Assembly: GCA_965197475.1 (NCBI GenBank)
Contig: CBDANF010000003.1
Coordinates: 2,784,001-2,848,000 of the forward strand
Direction of reading: 5' to 3'
Length of the DNA: 64,000 nt
DNA from: Candidatus Poribacteria bacterium
Lineage (GTDB): Bacteria > Poribacteria > WGA-4E > WGA-3G
The translations under genes and the position numbers were made by a program. Below are positions 39,982 through 50,167 of this stretch, piece after piece. Every line of letters starts with the position of its first letter. Positions within the stretch are counted from its first letter, which is position 1. The notes beneath the pieces were generated by a model. It had not been told where the DNA came from, did not search any database, and saw nothing but the letters and a program-made list of their open reading frames with translations.

Positions 39982-40721
39982 TTCAACGCAACCCTGAGAT
40001 CCTTTGCCACCTCCTCAAGTGATCTGCCCTTAACTTTTCCAGATTCATAATCAGCGATGCTGCGATTCAGTTGTTCAGCAACTTCAGGACATATCTCAAG
40101 GCCTTCGTCGGGATCGCACTCATAATCCTCCAAGAACTGTTCCAATTCCAAATGGCACACGAAAAATTCATAAAACGCTGATTGCAACTGTACATGATTT
40201 ACAGGCGATGAGGGTTCCTGCGTTAACGTAACCACTTGCTCGCGCGCGGCAAATAGTTCTGAGTTCACGAGTGTCTCCGTTAGTGCGCGGAATTCGTTAT
40301 CAGATAAATCTGCTACCTTTATCGGAGGTAGATCATTATCAGGAATCCCTCCGAGTCTTCGTGTCATCCGTTCCATAGGAGAGGTTTTCCGCTCAGATTC
40401 AACGGCTGCTACGCGCTGTTTCAGATGTGCAAACTCTTCAGATACTTCCAAAACCGTAAGCACACATGCTTCCTGCACATCCAACTCAAATGCCAGATCA
40501 TAGGAATAGGATTCAAAAAATTCTCGGAAACCTTCTGCCAGCGTTTCACGGGCAGCGTTCTGTGCAAGCAAGGCTGCAAGCTTATCGCGATCTGCAAATA
40601 GTGGTTCATTCACTATTGAATTGAACCATTCTCGGAATTGCGTGGGAGTCATGTCTGTCAGAGGTAATTTCGTTTTGTTTGAGTTCATTGACATTTCCTC
40701 TATGGAACGATTTTCCTTCAC
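39969..40721 (-). CDS. Putative antitoxin with internal duplication
   Basis: Overlaps the relE start; C-terminal DPDEGLE..EVAEQL..SLEEVAKDL; two related ~100-aa units. Confidence 0.65.
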   Translation of the reverse strand: MKENRSIEEMSMNSNKTKLPLTDMTPTQFREWFNSIVNEPLFADRDKLAALLAQNAARETLAEGFREFFESYSYDLAFELDVQEACVLTVLEVSEEFAHLKQRVAAVESERKTSPMERMTRRLGGIPDNDLPPIKVADLSDNEFRALTETLVNSELFAAREQVVTLTQEPSSPVNHVQLQSAFYEFFVCHLELEQFLEDYECDPDEGLEICPEVAEQLNRSIADYESGKVKGRSLEEVAKDLRVALKCTD

Positions 40722-40743
40722 ATATGGTAGTCCAGTCTAAAAT

Positions 40744-41580
40744 CTACTCATCTATCTCTAGATGGATTCCCATCAAGGCATCTTCCGCTGTTGATTCTTT
40801 ACGATCACCATATTCATCTAACAAACATTCAACAATTATACTTTTGCCTTGTAGATACGCAAACAGTAACATCTGAACTGTAAGTAGGATAATACGAGTG
40901 CTCGTATCAATGAACTCAAGATGTTGTTGTTCAGAGATTAATAATTCAGTTTTTCCTGCACCCCACTCATCAGGAATTGGCATTATTGCATTTCCATGTG
41001 CAAGTGCATTGCGACTACGCCGTACAATATCCAATCCTAAACCATGCGAATTAGCATGGTCATTAAAGTGAACTTTTTTATGTTTATTGGTTTTTTGGGA
41101 TTTGTTTACTTTCTTGCGATTATCATTGTAAAATCCATACTTTGGTTCCAGATTACGTAAGTTCTGCATTTCATCATTATAGAAAGCAACGGATTCTTCA
41201 GAACCGTAGTTTTGTTTCAAGAACCAGAGGGTCCTCATTACTGGACTATCACCCACTTGTTTTAGATGTTTCGGAAGACTTGGTAGATTAAGTGCTTCGA
41301 CTACCGATTCAAAACTACCCCAGACGAAGTTAAAAATCGTAAGTCTTGTAGTTAAATAAGATAATAGTTCGCTGCGCTTCTCTTCAAATTCAAAGGCACC
41401 ACTACAATACATTACACTATCATCATGCTTTGTAGTTGAAACCTTAACACTTTCGACACCGGCAGCGATATTAAGCCAATCGATCGCCAATATAAATCCG
41501 AACGGATCCAATTGACCAAGAAGTTCACGTAGTCTAAAACAGTGTTTTTGTAGATCAATTATTACTTGATTGTTTTTCAT
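40744..41580 (-). CDS. Hypothetical protein with a HEPN-like RxxxxH motif
   Basis: RNALAH in a helical, AT-rich ORF. Confidence 0.55.
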   Translation of the reverse strand: MKNNQVIIDLQKHCFRLRELLGQLDPFGFILAIDWLNIAAGVESVKVSTTKHDDSVMYCSGAFEFEEKRSELLSYLTTRLTIFNFVWGSFESVVEALNLPSLPKHLKQVGDSPVMRTLWFLKQNYGSEESVAFYNDEMQNLRNLEPKYGFYNDNRKKVNKSQKTNKHKKVHFNDHANSHGLGLDIVRRSRNALAHGNAIMPIPDEWGAGKTELLISEQQHLEFIDTSTRIILLTVQMLLFAYLQGKSIIVECLLDEYGDRKESTAEDALMGIHLEIDE

Positions 41581-41613
41581 TTTGCCTCTAAGTAACCTTT
41601 TGTATAAAAGGGG

Positions 41614-41904
41614 TTATTCTTCACCACGTATAGCCTTTCCTAATTCCCGAACTCTATCAAGCACAAATTTCCATAAGATTTGAGGAAATTTTGGTATGAA
41701 AAATACTATTGTCAAAAGTGCCGCTGGAATTGCAAAAGCAAAAGCTCCACCCTCGCTTACTCCATTTTCATAAGCGAGGCGTCCAGTAACGAAAAAGACT
41801 CCTACAGCTACTATAATTGAGGTAATAAATCGTATTTTACCAAACTTTATAGACACTTCATACATCCTCGTGGCATGGATTGGACGAATTTCCTTATTCA
41901 ACAA
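41614..41904 (-). CDS. Small two-TM membrane protein
   Basis: Two hydrophobic segments; start uncertain. Confidence 0.55.
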   Translation of the reverse strand: MLNKEIRPIHATRMYEVSIKFGKIRFITSIIVAVGVFFVTGRLAYENGVSEGGAFAFAIPAALLTIVFFIPKFPQILWKFVLDRVRELGKAIRGEE

Positions 41905-41906
41905 TT

Positions 41907-42097
41907 ATTATGTCGTAGTAAGATTTTCTGCTACATGTGCCGATGTGTTTTGTCCCTCTAACGCATCCGAATAGGTTTCAGGTTCTATCGGTTGGATTGA
42001 TAGTTGATATCCAAGCACTTTAAGAACAATTCCAACAACGTCAATTAGGTTTATCTTCGTTGGATAGTACTTTTGTATCCAATAATGCGTGAATCAT
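41907..42097 (-). pseudogene. Degenerate PIN-domain toxin remnant
   Basis: ATG overlapping the upstream stop; MIHALLDTKV resembles the PIN N-terminus (LLDTNV); stops after 18 codons. Confidence 0.45.
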
Positions 42098-42330
42098 CCG
42101 TATTTTTTTAAACGCTCCTCTTCAACAATCTTTTTGCATTCTTCGTCAGTAGGCGGCGGGGCATCTGTTTTCAAAATAGCGACAACCTCATCAAGTGACA
42201 TAGTTTGAGCTGGTTTAAGAGTGAGCGCGGGGACCACGGTTTCTAAAATTCGACGAGCGAGGTCAATGCACATTTCCGTATTCCAAGTTCGCACACGATC
42301 AAGCACTTCAAACATCTCTTTAGAATTCAT
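42094..42330 (-). CDS. Putative antitoxin
   Basis: 78 aa ending PPTDEECKKIVEEERLKKYG, coupled to the PIN remnant. Confidence 0.55.
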   Translation of the reverse strand: MNSKEMFEVLDRVRTWNTEMCIDLARRILETVVPALTLKPAQTMSLDEVVAILKTDAPPPTDEECKKIVEEERLKKYG

Positions 42331-42462
42331 AGTCTAATCACCTTACGATCATCGGGTATATAAAAAGGCGATTGCTTGTCCAAAACAATTGGACATGAGA
42401 AGCAATCGCCCAGTCTGCGTTCATAACGTTATTGCGAAACCTATAGGAGTTACGCTAAAACC

Positions 42463-44907
42463 CTACTCAGCTTTCTTGATAGTCAGTCGGTAGTGCTGCC
42501 CAATTTTCTTGGTATCAAGAATATCATGCCCATCGTTAGCAAGGCTCTTTGGCACGTTCTCAATCGGTTCACCATCATCAATGGTGATTTCTAAGAGTTG
42601 ACCAGCCTGCATCGTTTCCAACCGGACTTTCGCTTGGACGTAGTTGAATGGGCATGCGACACCTTTTAGATCAAGACTATCAACGATTTCCTCAACGGGT
42701 TTTGTCTCCTTGACCACTTTCGGTTTCGGGGCGGGACGTGATTTGCGCGTCTTACGGAGGCTCTCTTCTTCTTCCTCCTGCTTAATGCGCATGCGTCCGT
42801 AGACATTATGCGATTCTTCAACAAAAAGGGTAGCTTCTTCCACGTGGCGGTGTGCCAATTCGTGGTCGAAAGTAGAACTATCTTCTTCTGTTGCCTTGAA
42901 TAGATGTGCACCGTATCCGACAAAGAAATTGCCGGGATCAAAAAAGCGGGTTCGGAATTCATTGATAGTCGTTGCATCGTCAATATATTGCAATCCGACA
43001 GTTGTCAAGAGACCATCAGCGGCTTTAATCATAGCATTAAATGCCTTATCTGCTGATTCTTGGAAAGTTCCATCTTCCAAACTCAAACCAGATTCATAGA
43101 TAAGCCGATCCGCTTCTTCCAACTTCATGGAGACAAGTGCGACCAACTGTCCAGCACATTCACCGACACCGGTTTTGAGTTCGTAATCTTTCGTGTCACC
43201 TGTGTCTATGTAAAATTCAGGTGCTTCCTCGTAAGAAGGAATCTTATCGTACTTGGACAAAATCGATTTAATTTCCACTTTACCGAGTCTTGCAACGTAA
43301 TCGGTGAAGGTTTCCTCATCGTTTCGCTCTTGGGTGTACCTACCTGTTAACTCCTCAATGAAAGTTGGGATGTACCTTCCGTGGATTTTTCCTGTGGCAA
43401 GTCCGTAAGAACTCGCGTTTTCAATCATATGTCCACCGAGTAGCACCAAGTAGAAGGGAGCACTGTGTCCACCGACTCGTTTTGTAGAGCCGAAGAAGCC
43501 AATATTCGCGATGTGATGCTGTCCGCAAGAGTTGGGGCATCCGCTAATCTTAATCCGAAAGTCTTTGATTTCATTCTGTACACCGGTTTCAATGAAATAG
43601 TTTCGCAGATGCGCTGCCAGACCACGGGAGGAAGATACACCCAGTTTGCAAGAGTCAGTGCCGGGGCAAGCAGTAATATCAACCATTGATTCCGCACCAG
43701 GATCACCCAAGCCGATAGTCTTTAGTTCGCGATAGAGCGCGGGTAGATCGGTCATTGTTACCCAACGAAGCACAATGTTTTGTTCCACTGTGGCACGGAT
43801 AGTGTCTTTCACATATTTGCGAGATATGTCTGCTAATGCACGTGTTTGATCGGCAGTAATATCACCGAGCGGAAGTGTGATCGTCACAAAAGCATAGCCG
43901 GGCTGCTTCTGTAACCGAATATTGGATTGATACCATTCTTCAAATCCATCAGGTTTTGAGGTGCCGTTGAGTTGTGTCGGAGACTTGAGCGGACTTTCAT
44001 TGTAGGCATCCAAGTTATTCAAATATGAAGTCCATTCTGGATCGTGTCGTAGTGTTTCGCGCTCTTCGTACACCATTTTTCGGAATTCTTCAATGCCGTA
44101 TTTAGCGATTACAAACTTCAGACGAGCCTTGTTTCTATTTCGACGTTCACCTAAACGTGTGAAGACTCTGCAAATTGATTGTGAAATTGGCAGAAGTTCC
44201 TCTGCTGAGAGGAAATCATCAAGGACCTTCGCTTGATGTGGAACTGCACCGAGTCCACCACCGACAAAGAGTTTAAAGCCGCGCTTAACTTCGCCATCAA
44301 TCTCTTTGACTGCAGCTACTGCACCGATGTCGTGCATATTTGCTAAGCCACAAGCGTGTTCTTCACAACCGGAAAATGCAATTTTGAACTTACGACCAAA
44401 ATCTTGTGCATCTGGGTGACCTAACAGGAACCCTGACAACGCCTTTGAGTAAGGTGTTACATCAAAAGTTTCATCTTGGCAAACACCGCTGATCGGGCAT
44501 GCTGTGACGTTTCGGACGACATTACCGCACGCTTCTTTTGTGGTAATGTCAACGCTTGCGAGGCGGCGCATCAACTCAGGCGTGTTGTTGATGTCAACGT
44601 AGTGGTATTGTACATCTTGACGTGTCGTAATGTGGATGATGTTATCCGAGAATTCTTCTGCCACATCTGCAAGCATTTCAAGTTGTGCTGCAGTGAGTCC
44701 TCCGAAAGGAATTTTGACACGAATCATCTGCGATCTGTCATCGCGCTGTCCGTAAACTCCGTGGCGGAGTCTAAATTCGGTAAAGAGAGACTCTTCAACT
44801 TGGCCATCTTGGACTCTACCAAGTTGTATCTCATAAATCTCAATTTCGCGGGCAACATCAGCAAGGATAGCCGATGCATCGTAAGCTCCCGCGTATTCAA
44901 TAGCCAT
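42463..44907 (-). CDS. Ferredoxin-type sulfite/nitrite reductase fused to a helical (HEPN-like) domain and a TusA domain
   Basis: RVKIPFG, TTRQD, ACPGTDSCKLG, KISGCPNSCGQH siroheme motifs; C-terminal LDLKGVACP TusA. Confidence 0.9.
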   Translation of the reverse strand: MAIEYAGAYDASAILADVAREIEIYEIQLGRVQDGQVEESLFTEFRLRHGVYGQRDDRSQMIRVKIPFGGLTAAQLEMLADVAEEFSDNIIHITTRQDVQYHYVDINNTPELMRRLASVDITTKEACGNVVRNVTACPISGVCQDETFDVTPYSKALSGFLLGHPDAQDFGRKFKIAFSGCEEHACGLANMHDIGAVAAVKEIDGEVKRGFKLFVGGGLGAVPHQAKVLDDFLSAEELLPISQSICRVFTRLGERRNRNKARLKFVIAKYGIEEFRKMVYEERETLRHDPEWTSYLNNLDAYNESPLKSPTQLNGTSKPDGFEEWYQSNIRLQKQPGYAFVTITLPLGDITADQTRALADISRKYVKDTIRATVEQNIVLRWVTMTDLPALYRELKTIGLGDPGAESMVDITACPGTDSCKLGVSSSRGLAAHLRNYFIETGVQNEIKDFRIKISGCPNSCGQHHIANIGFFGSTKRVGGHSAPFYLVLLGGHMIENASSYGLATGKIHGRYIPTFIEELTGRYTQERNDEETFTDYVARLGKVEIKSILSKYDKIPSYEEAPEFYIDTGDTKDYELKTGVGECAGQLVALVSMKLEEADRLIYESGLSLEDGTFQESADKAFNAMIKAADGLLTTVGLQYIDDATTINEFRTRFFDPGNFFVGYGAHLFKATEEDSSTFDHELAHRHVEEATLFVEESHNVYGRMRIKQEEEEESLRKTRKSRPAPKPKVVKETKPVEEIVDSLDLKGVACPFNYVQAKVRLETMQAGQLLEITIDDGEPIENVPKSLANDGHDILDTKKIGQHYRLTIKKAE

Positions 44908-45085
44908 TCTATACTCCTTATATAACCTCATATTTGTAGTGGATTGAATTGGTGTCCAATTGCTTCTATTATTTAGGTAAGCTTGTAAGTCAATAGCACT
45001 GCTGAGTATCGTGATGTTAGAAACCTTTTATTAAATAGTATAGTGTACACTAAAAAGTAATTAAAATCAAGAGGAATTTTACATT

Positions 45086-46180
45086 TTAATCTTTTGGCGC
45101 ATCTCCCCAATCCGGAATTGGGAGCAATTCACCATCGCGGAGAGCAGATTCATGTGCTACAAGTCCAGGTGCACAATACCGAACTGCCTCCCAAACATTG
45201 ACGCGCGGTAACCGCTGCCGATTGACTGAATCAACAAATTCGTGCACCAGATAAGCATGTGAACCACCATGTCCGCCTAAGTTATCCTTAAGTGCGTTAG
45301 GTAGGTATTCGTGCATTTGTGTAGGTTGGATGTTCTGTCTTCCTTGCTTATCTGCCCATACACTTCCTGCAAGACTCTGCTCGTAACTTCCCTCGGTACC
45401 ATAGATACCGCTGGGGCGTTCACACCCAGGGTGACCTATCCGTCTAAACTCACAGATTTGCATGGTTGCACCATTGCTCATTGTAAAGAGACCGACTTCG
45501 TTGGAAAAAGGGTTTTTGTGGATAGTGTCCAACCGATACCAGTCGTCATTTGGATAGATATACCCTTGAGCGGAAACCGAGGTTGCATGTGCGTTCATCA
45601 CAGAGATTGGAAAACAGGTTGAGTGTGTAGGGTAATACATAGGGATTCCACCTGATTTGTCACGACTCCACTGTTCACCCCATCGGTTTTTCAGTACATC
45701 GTAGAGTCCATGACTCATGTCGTGGAAATACTCAGCGCGACAGTGGACAAACTCACCAAAAGCCCCTTCTGTTGCTTTCTGACGACAGAAGGCTGTTTCG
45801 GGACGAAAATAACTTGTCTCACCGTTCATGTAGATCATCCCTGTGCGTTCAACTGTTCTGATCAATTGTTCGCATTCATCCAACGATGCTGCGGCAGGAA
45901 CAGCGGTGTAAACGTGCTTTCCTGATTCCATCGCTTGAATAGCCTGCGGTGCGTGCATCCAATGCTGCGTGATGATGACAAGCGCATCTAAATCCGATTT
46001 GCAGATGTCATCCAGGCTTGAATATGTCTCGGAAATCTCAAACTGCTTTGCCCATTTTGATAGCCTATCAGACTGTAAATCGCATAAGGCGAGCCGATGT
46101 ACGTCTGGGTGTGCTTTGTAGGATTGGATAAATGAGGGACCGAACATCCCTAAGCCTACCATCCCGATACTGATACTCAT
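45086..46180 (-). CDS. Gfo/Idh/MocA oxidoreductase
   Basis: IGMVGLGMFG, GKHVYTAVP, GGHGGSH. Confidence 0.9.
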   Translation of the reverse strand: MSISIGMVGLGMFGPSFIQSYKAHPDVHRLALCDLQSDRLSKWAKQFEISETYSSLDDICKSDLDALVIITQHWMHAPQAIQAMESGKHVYTAVPAAASLDECEQLIRTVERTGMIYMNGETSYFRPETAFCRQKATEGAFGEFVHCRAEYFHDMSHGLYDVLKNRWGEQWSRDKSGGIPMYYPTHSTCFPISVMNAHATSVSAQGYIYPNDDWYRLDTIHKNPFSNEVGLFTMSNGATMQICEFRRIGHPGCERPSGIYGTEGSYEQSLAGSVWADKQGRQNIQPTQMHEYLPNALKDNLGGHGGSHAYLVHEFVDSVNRQRLPRVNVWEAVRYCAPGLVAHESALRDGELLPIPDWGDAPKD

Positions 46181-46223
46181 CTAATTGCTCCTTTAAGATG
46201 TAAGGTATGAATCTTAAATTAAT

Positions 46224-46336
46224 CAGGACTTACGCATTTCCTCTTAAAGTCCCCCTGATAAGGGGGTTAAAATACCAAAATTCTGCTTATTTAACCCCCC
46301 TAACCCCCCTTATCAAGGGGGAATGCGTAAGTCCTG
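46224..46336. repeat. MITE family B (113 bp) with 5-bp TSD
   Basis: Perfect TIR CAGGACTTACGCA / TGCGTAAGTCCTG; TSD TTAAT. Confidence 0.88.
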
Positions 46337-46480
46337 TTAATGCAAAATAGCATGTATCGGAATTGATGTCAAGTAAGTTTTTGTCACAAGTTTAAAATGA
46401 AGTGGTTATCGGAAGGATCCAGTATTTTTTTATCTGAATCGCTAATTATCGCGAATTTTTTGAAAAAAGTTCGTATTTAC

Positions 46481-46507
46481 TGTAACTTAGAGTCCAATCC
46501 AAACGTT
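46481..46507 (+). promoter_or_regulatory. Putative ECF-type promoter
   Basis: GTAAC-N17-CGTT, similar to 15641-15668. Confidence 0.4.
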
Positions 46508-46986
46508 TAGTATTGCAGTTGGGGAAATTATGCGTGTGCAACATAAAATTCTGAGGAAGTGGAAAGTTGCACCGCTGCAAACCGTATTTTTTCGCATAAG
46601 GGGATTTGACAATGAGGGACCGACATATCAAAACCATAATCCAAAAAATGACCGCGCGGGACACCTGTTACATGAGCAGGATTTGTCTATGCGGCATACG
46701 TCGGTTGGCAGATTTTAACTATAAGTTAACTACCCCCCCCCCACTTCACATTCGTTAATTTTAACCAATTTAGTTTTCAAGGTCTTATCGCAGATGTTAG
46801 CAGCTGCGATATTTTCGCGCCCGCACGCGGGCTTCGTTTCACACGGAGTGTCTCGTCGCGGGCTTTTGTTGTTGCATTGGAAAGTGTTTCAATGCTTGTC
46901 ATCCTTGTTGCGCACGTGTACTATGCACAACGATAGGATATAACAGATAGTTTTACTTGACAAATTTTAATGGAGGCTATATAATT

Positions 46987-47433
46987 GTGAAAACAAGATT
47001 TTTTACAGCGAATGCCGACATCGCAGCCGTGGCTGCATTCGGTGGACTCACCGCTATCTCGTACTTCGCACTCTTTTTTGAGCAGCACGGAATCCATCTG
47101 AGTATCGTTGCACTTGTTATTTCGCTTTGGGGATTCTTGTCCTTAAAACAGATGGACACACAACAGGGGACCCCGAAACCGAAAATGCAACGGAGGCGAA
47201 AGATAGGACTCACCGCGGCACTTATTGTCTGTATCGGTGGAGGACTACTGTTTGGCACAATCAAAATGATTGATGCTACACAGACAGACACAACACCCTG
47301 CCTTAAATGGACACGGAAGGACTGTCCAAAGGTGGAACAGCAACCGATTTGTCCACAACAGAAAGCACCTTGCACGCTGAACGCAGCGGCGCAAAGTGAA
47401 CAACTTTATAGTAAGGAGAATTATGATGAATAG
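46987..47433 (+). CDS. Three-TM membrane protein with Cys-containing tail
   Basis: RBS GGAGG before GTG; three hydrophobic segments. Confidence 0.7.
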   Translation: MKTRFFTANADIAAVAAFGGLTAISYFALFFEQHGIHLSIVALVISLWGFLSLKQMDTQQGTPKPKMQRRRKIGLTAALIVCIGGGLLFGTIKMIDATQTDTTPCLKWTRKDCPKVEQQPICPQQKAPCTLNAAAQSEQLYSKENYDE

Positions 47434-48088
47434 GAACATATTGAGAGGAATCGTTGTCCTCATCGTCCTGCTCGGTATTGCGGGTGTGTTCTTGTTGATA
47501 GACAAAGATACCGAAACGGAAACCGTCTATAACCCGCCATCGGAAGAAGAGTGGCAAAAGATAAGGCAGGATTTGGCAGCACAGAAAGCACAAGACGCAG
47601 CCAAAGCACAGTCGCCAGAAGAAAACCGAGAAAAAGGGCATCGGCACGCAGATGGCATTTGGCACGCCGAACCGCACAAGGATCTGCCCGTTGTCCAACA
47701 CCCTTCGACTGTCTATAAACCTAACGGGAGATTCCACGATATAGACTACTCTATCTTTGAGAAACCTGAAGAACTTATCAAAAGACTCGGTGAGATACTG
47801 TTGCATCCTGAAAAGTACCCTTTTGAAGTGTTCGACAGGGCGAAACAAGAAGATATGATACTTAGTGCGAAAATCAGCAATGGCGATTATGGAGAAGACA
47901 CGTATCAAGATAAATTTGAGTATAGAGAAAAATTACGAGAACTCCGCAACAAAACATATGCAGATGCCCTGTTAGAAAAGAATGGGTTCTCACGTGAGAT
48001 GTTTCGTGCGATGATTCGTGGCGAAATTCCCCCGGCAATTGTACCTATAGACCCATCTATTCTAACAGATGATGGAGGTGATAAATAA
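47423..48088 (+). CDS. Membrane-anchored His/Trp-motif protein
   Basis: N-terminal TM; GHRHADGIWHAEPH, similar to the motif in 15849. Confidence 0.8.
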   Translation: MMNRNILRGIVVLIVLLGIAGVFLLIDKDTETETVYNPPSEEEWQKIRQDLAAQKAQDAAKAQSPEENREKGHRHADGIWHAEPHKDLPVVQHPSTVYKPNGRFHDIDYSIFEKPEELIKRLGEILLHPEKYPFEVFDRAKQEDMILSAKISNGDYGEDTYQDKFEYREKLRELRNKTYADALLEKNGFSREMFRAMIRGEIPPAIVPIDPSILTDDGGDK

Positions 48089-49875
48089 TGAGATACTTAC
48101 AATCTTTCATCACGGTGTTAGCGATTTTCGTTGTTGCTTCCACTTTTTTTGTTCCTGTGGATTCATCATCAAACTCACCACCAGAACCTGATGATGCCAT
48201 TATAGATAGTTTTAAGGAATGGATGGATGAATGGCGTAGGTTGAATATAGACCCCGCTGCGCGTAAGGTTCACGATGCCTATACAGCATTGTCGGGCCTT
48301 GTTGGCGATTACCAATCTGCGATAAACGGTGTTGGCGGTGTTGCGTTTTCGGCAGTTTCGGGTGCTGTTCAAGACAAATGGGTGGGACTGGTGGTGTCAG
48401 TGTATAACACAACTAAAGACCTTGCGACCGGGATTGCGAAAACACAAACGTTGCAGTCGGCTGTAGAGGAAGGGAGTAGCCACCATAGTCTGTATCTGTA
48501 TTACTATCATCAGTTGTGGAATAAGCATGGCACGGTGATACAAGGCACGGTGGCGGAACAAGTTCAGACCGAGATCAGTCAAAATGGTGGTATGTTGATT
48601 AGTGCCAATAGCCTGATGGAAGCATTCTACAAATATGAGTTTCTTGTCAGGGACTATAACGCAAAGGTAAATGCGTGGAATGCATACGCCAATCGGAAGA
48701 ATCGTGAGAATAATCATCAGTCGCCATCTCATCCACCCTGAAAGATTTATGCTAATCGATTTGTGACCGAACCGTCTCCAGCGGAGTTTATCAAGTTCTC
48801 GTGTTTTGGCGGTTGCGGGTATAAGCATGATACGCTTGATTATGCCCGAGACACGCACAAGTTAGATTGTGGTACCGCACGGAATATAGATGAGGTGAGA
48901 CGAGAAGCTGCTCTAGCGGCCGCTCACGGTAGCAATAGAGTTATTGCTACATACGTAGAAGCGACAGTAAGCACGGAACTTAGAAGCCGTGATGTTGATG
49001 ATGGCTGTGGTCGCAATTATTGGGCTTGTAATGTGGATGATAGGGAGGCACATGAGAAGCAGACCTGCACAACGAGTGGCTGTTCGGTAAAGTATCGCAA
49101 TTGTTTGTCGCATACAAAGAATCACAGTAATCATGGGACATCAGCAGCAGATGCTGGCAGTAGTACTGACACCCAACTTGCCGACAACTCACCGGATTGT
49201 GATTATTGCACAACGGGCATGTGTTCCGCGTGTCCGATAACGTATGCGTGTGGCATTCATGCTGAGGGGACTTCAGGTTATCATGTATCGTATACGTGCA
49301 ACGAGGGAGCTTGTAACAACCGCGTCTATTGGGGCTGTGTGTATGCACAGTGTCCGGAGACGAGTAGTCATGGAACAACCACGATCACCAGTGGTCCTGC
49401 CATCGGACCCTGTGGACATACCTATTGGCTAGGTTCATCCTCGGACTACGACCATAGATCAGAAACTTGGGGGTGTGGACATACGATCTATGTTTGTCAA
49501 TCCAGTTCACATGCATTGCAAGCGAGTTGTTCCATAACCAATATATGGGGGCATTCCTGCACTGTTACCAATTTCTATGCGTGTAGTTCTCATACGCACA
49601 CGTTCCCGACTTTCAGTTGTGGTCGCAGTGCCTGCACGCAGCAGGTTGCGGATCCGAATAGACATCGTATTTGGTGTATAAACGGCCACGAATATTGGTC
49701 GTGTGATACAACTGCGCTTTATTGGCACCAAACACGGGGGCCTTGTACGCGCCGTAAATTGAAGAGTCCAGGTGTGCGGGACATCTGCGGTGAGTCGTGG
49801 GCGTTGTGCGATCGGAACGGACAGAGTTGTATGGATTATTACAGGCGCATCAGATTTCATGAACCCCGTCAATAA
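48088..49875 (+). pseudogene. Secreted Cys/His-rich repeat protein interrupted by one in-frame TGA
   Basis: ORF 48088-48741 (signal peptide) continues in frame past TGA (KIYANRFVTEP) into 48763-49875. Confidence 0.75.
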
Positions 49876-49959
49876 CACAGAACGCGAGCACACATCAATT
49901 CAACAGGCAGGTACCCTTTATAGTGGTGCCTGCCTTTCCTTTTTATCAAAACCTTCCAC

Positions 49960-50056
49960 TAATACCAAATTAACCCGATTTGTAGCGCGAGGTCTCTGGG
50001 TCCTCCTCGCAATACTGACTTTATCAGAAAAATACTAATCCCGTTAATTGGGTATA
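49960..50056. repeat. MITE family A copy (inverted) with REP
   Basis: TAATACCAAATTAAC...GTAGCGCGAGG...GTTAATTGGGTATA. Confidence 0.7.
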
Positions 50057-50167
50057 AGCTAACAAAAAAGTCAAATGCCATTTTAAGATATTTGTTGACA
50101 AACCACAACTAACGATATAGAATGGTATCATTATAGACTATTTTCACCTATTGGAAGGAATTAAAAA

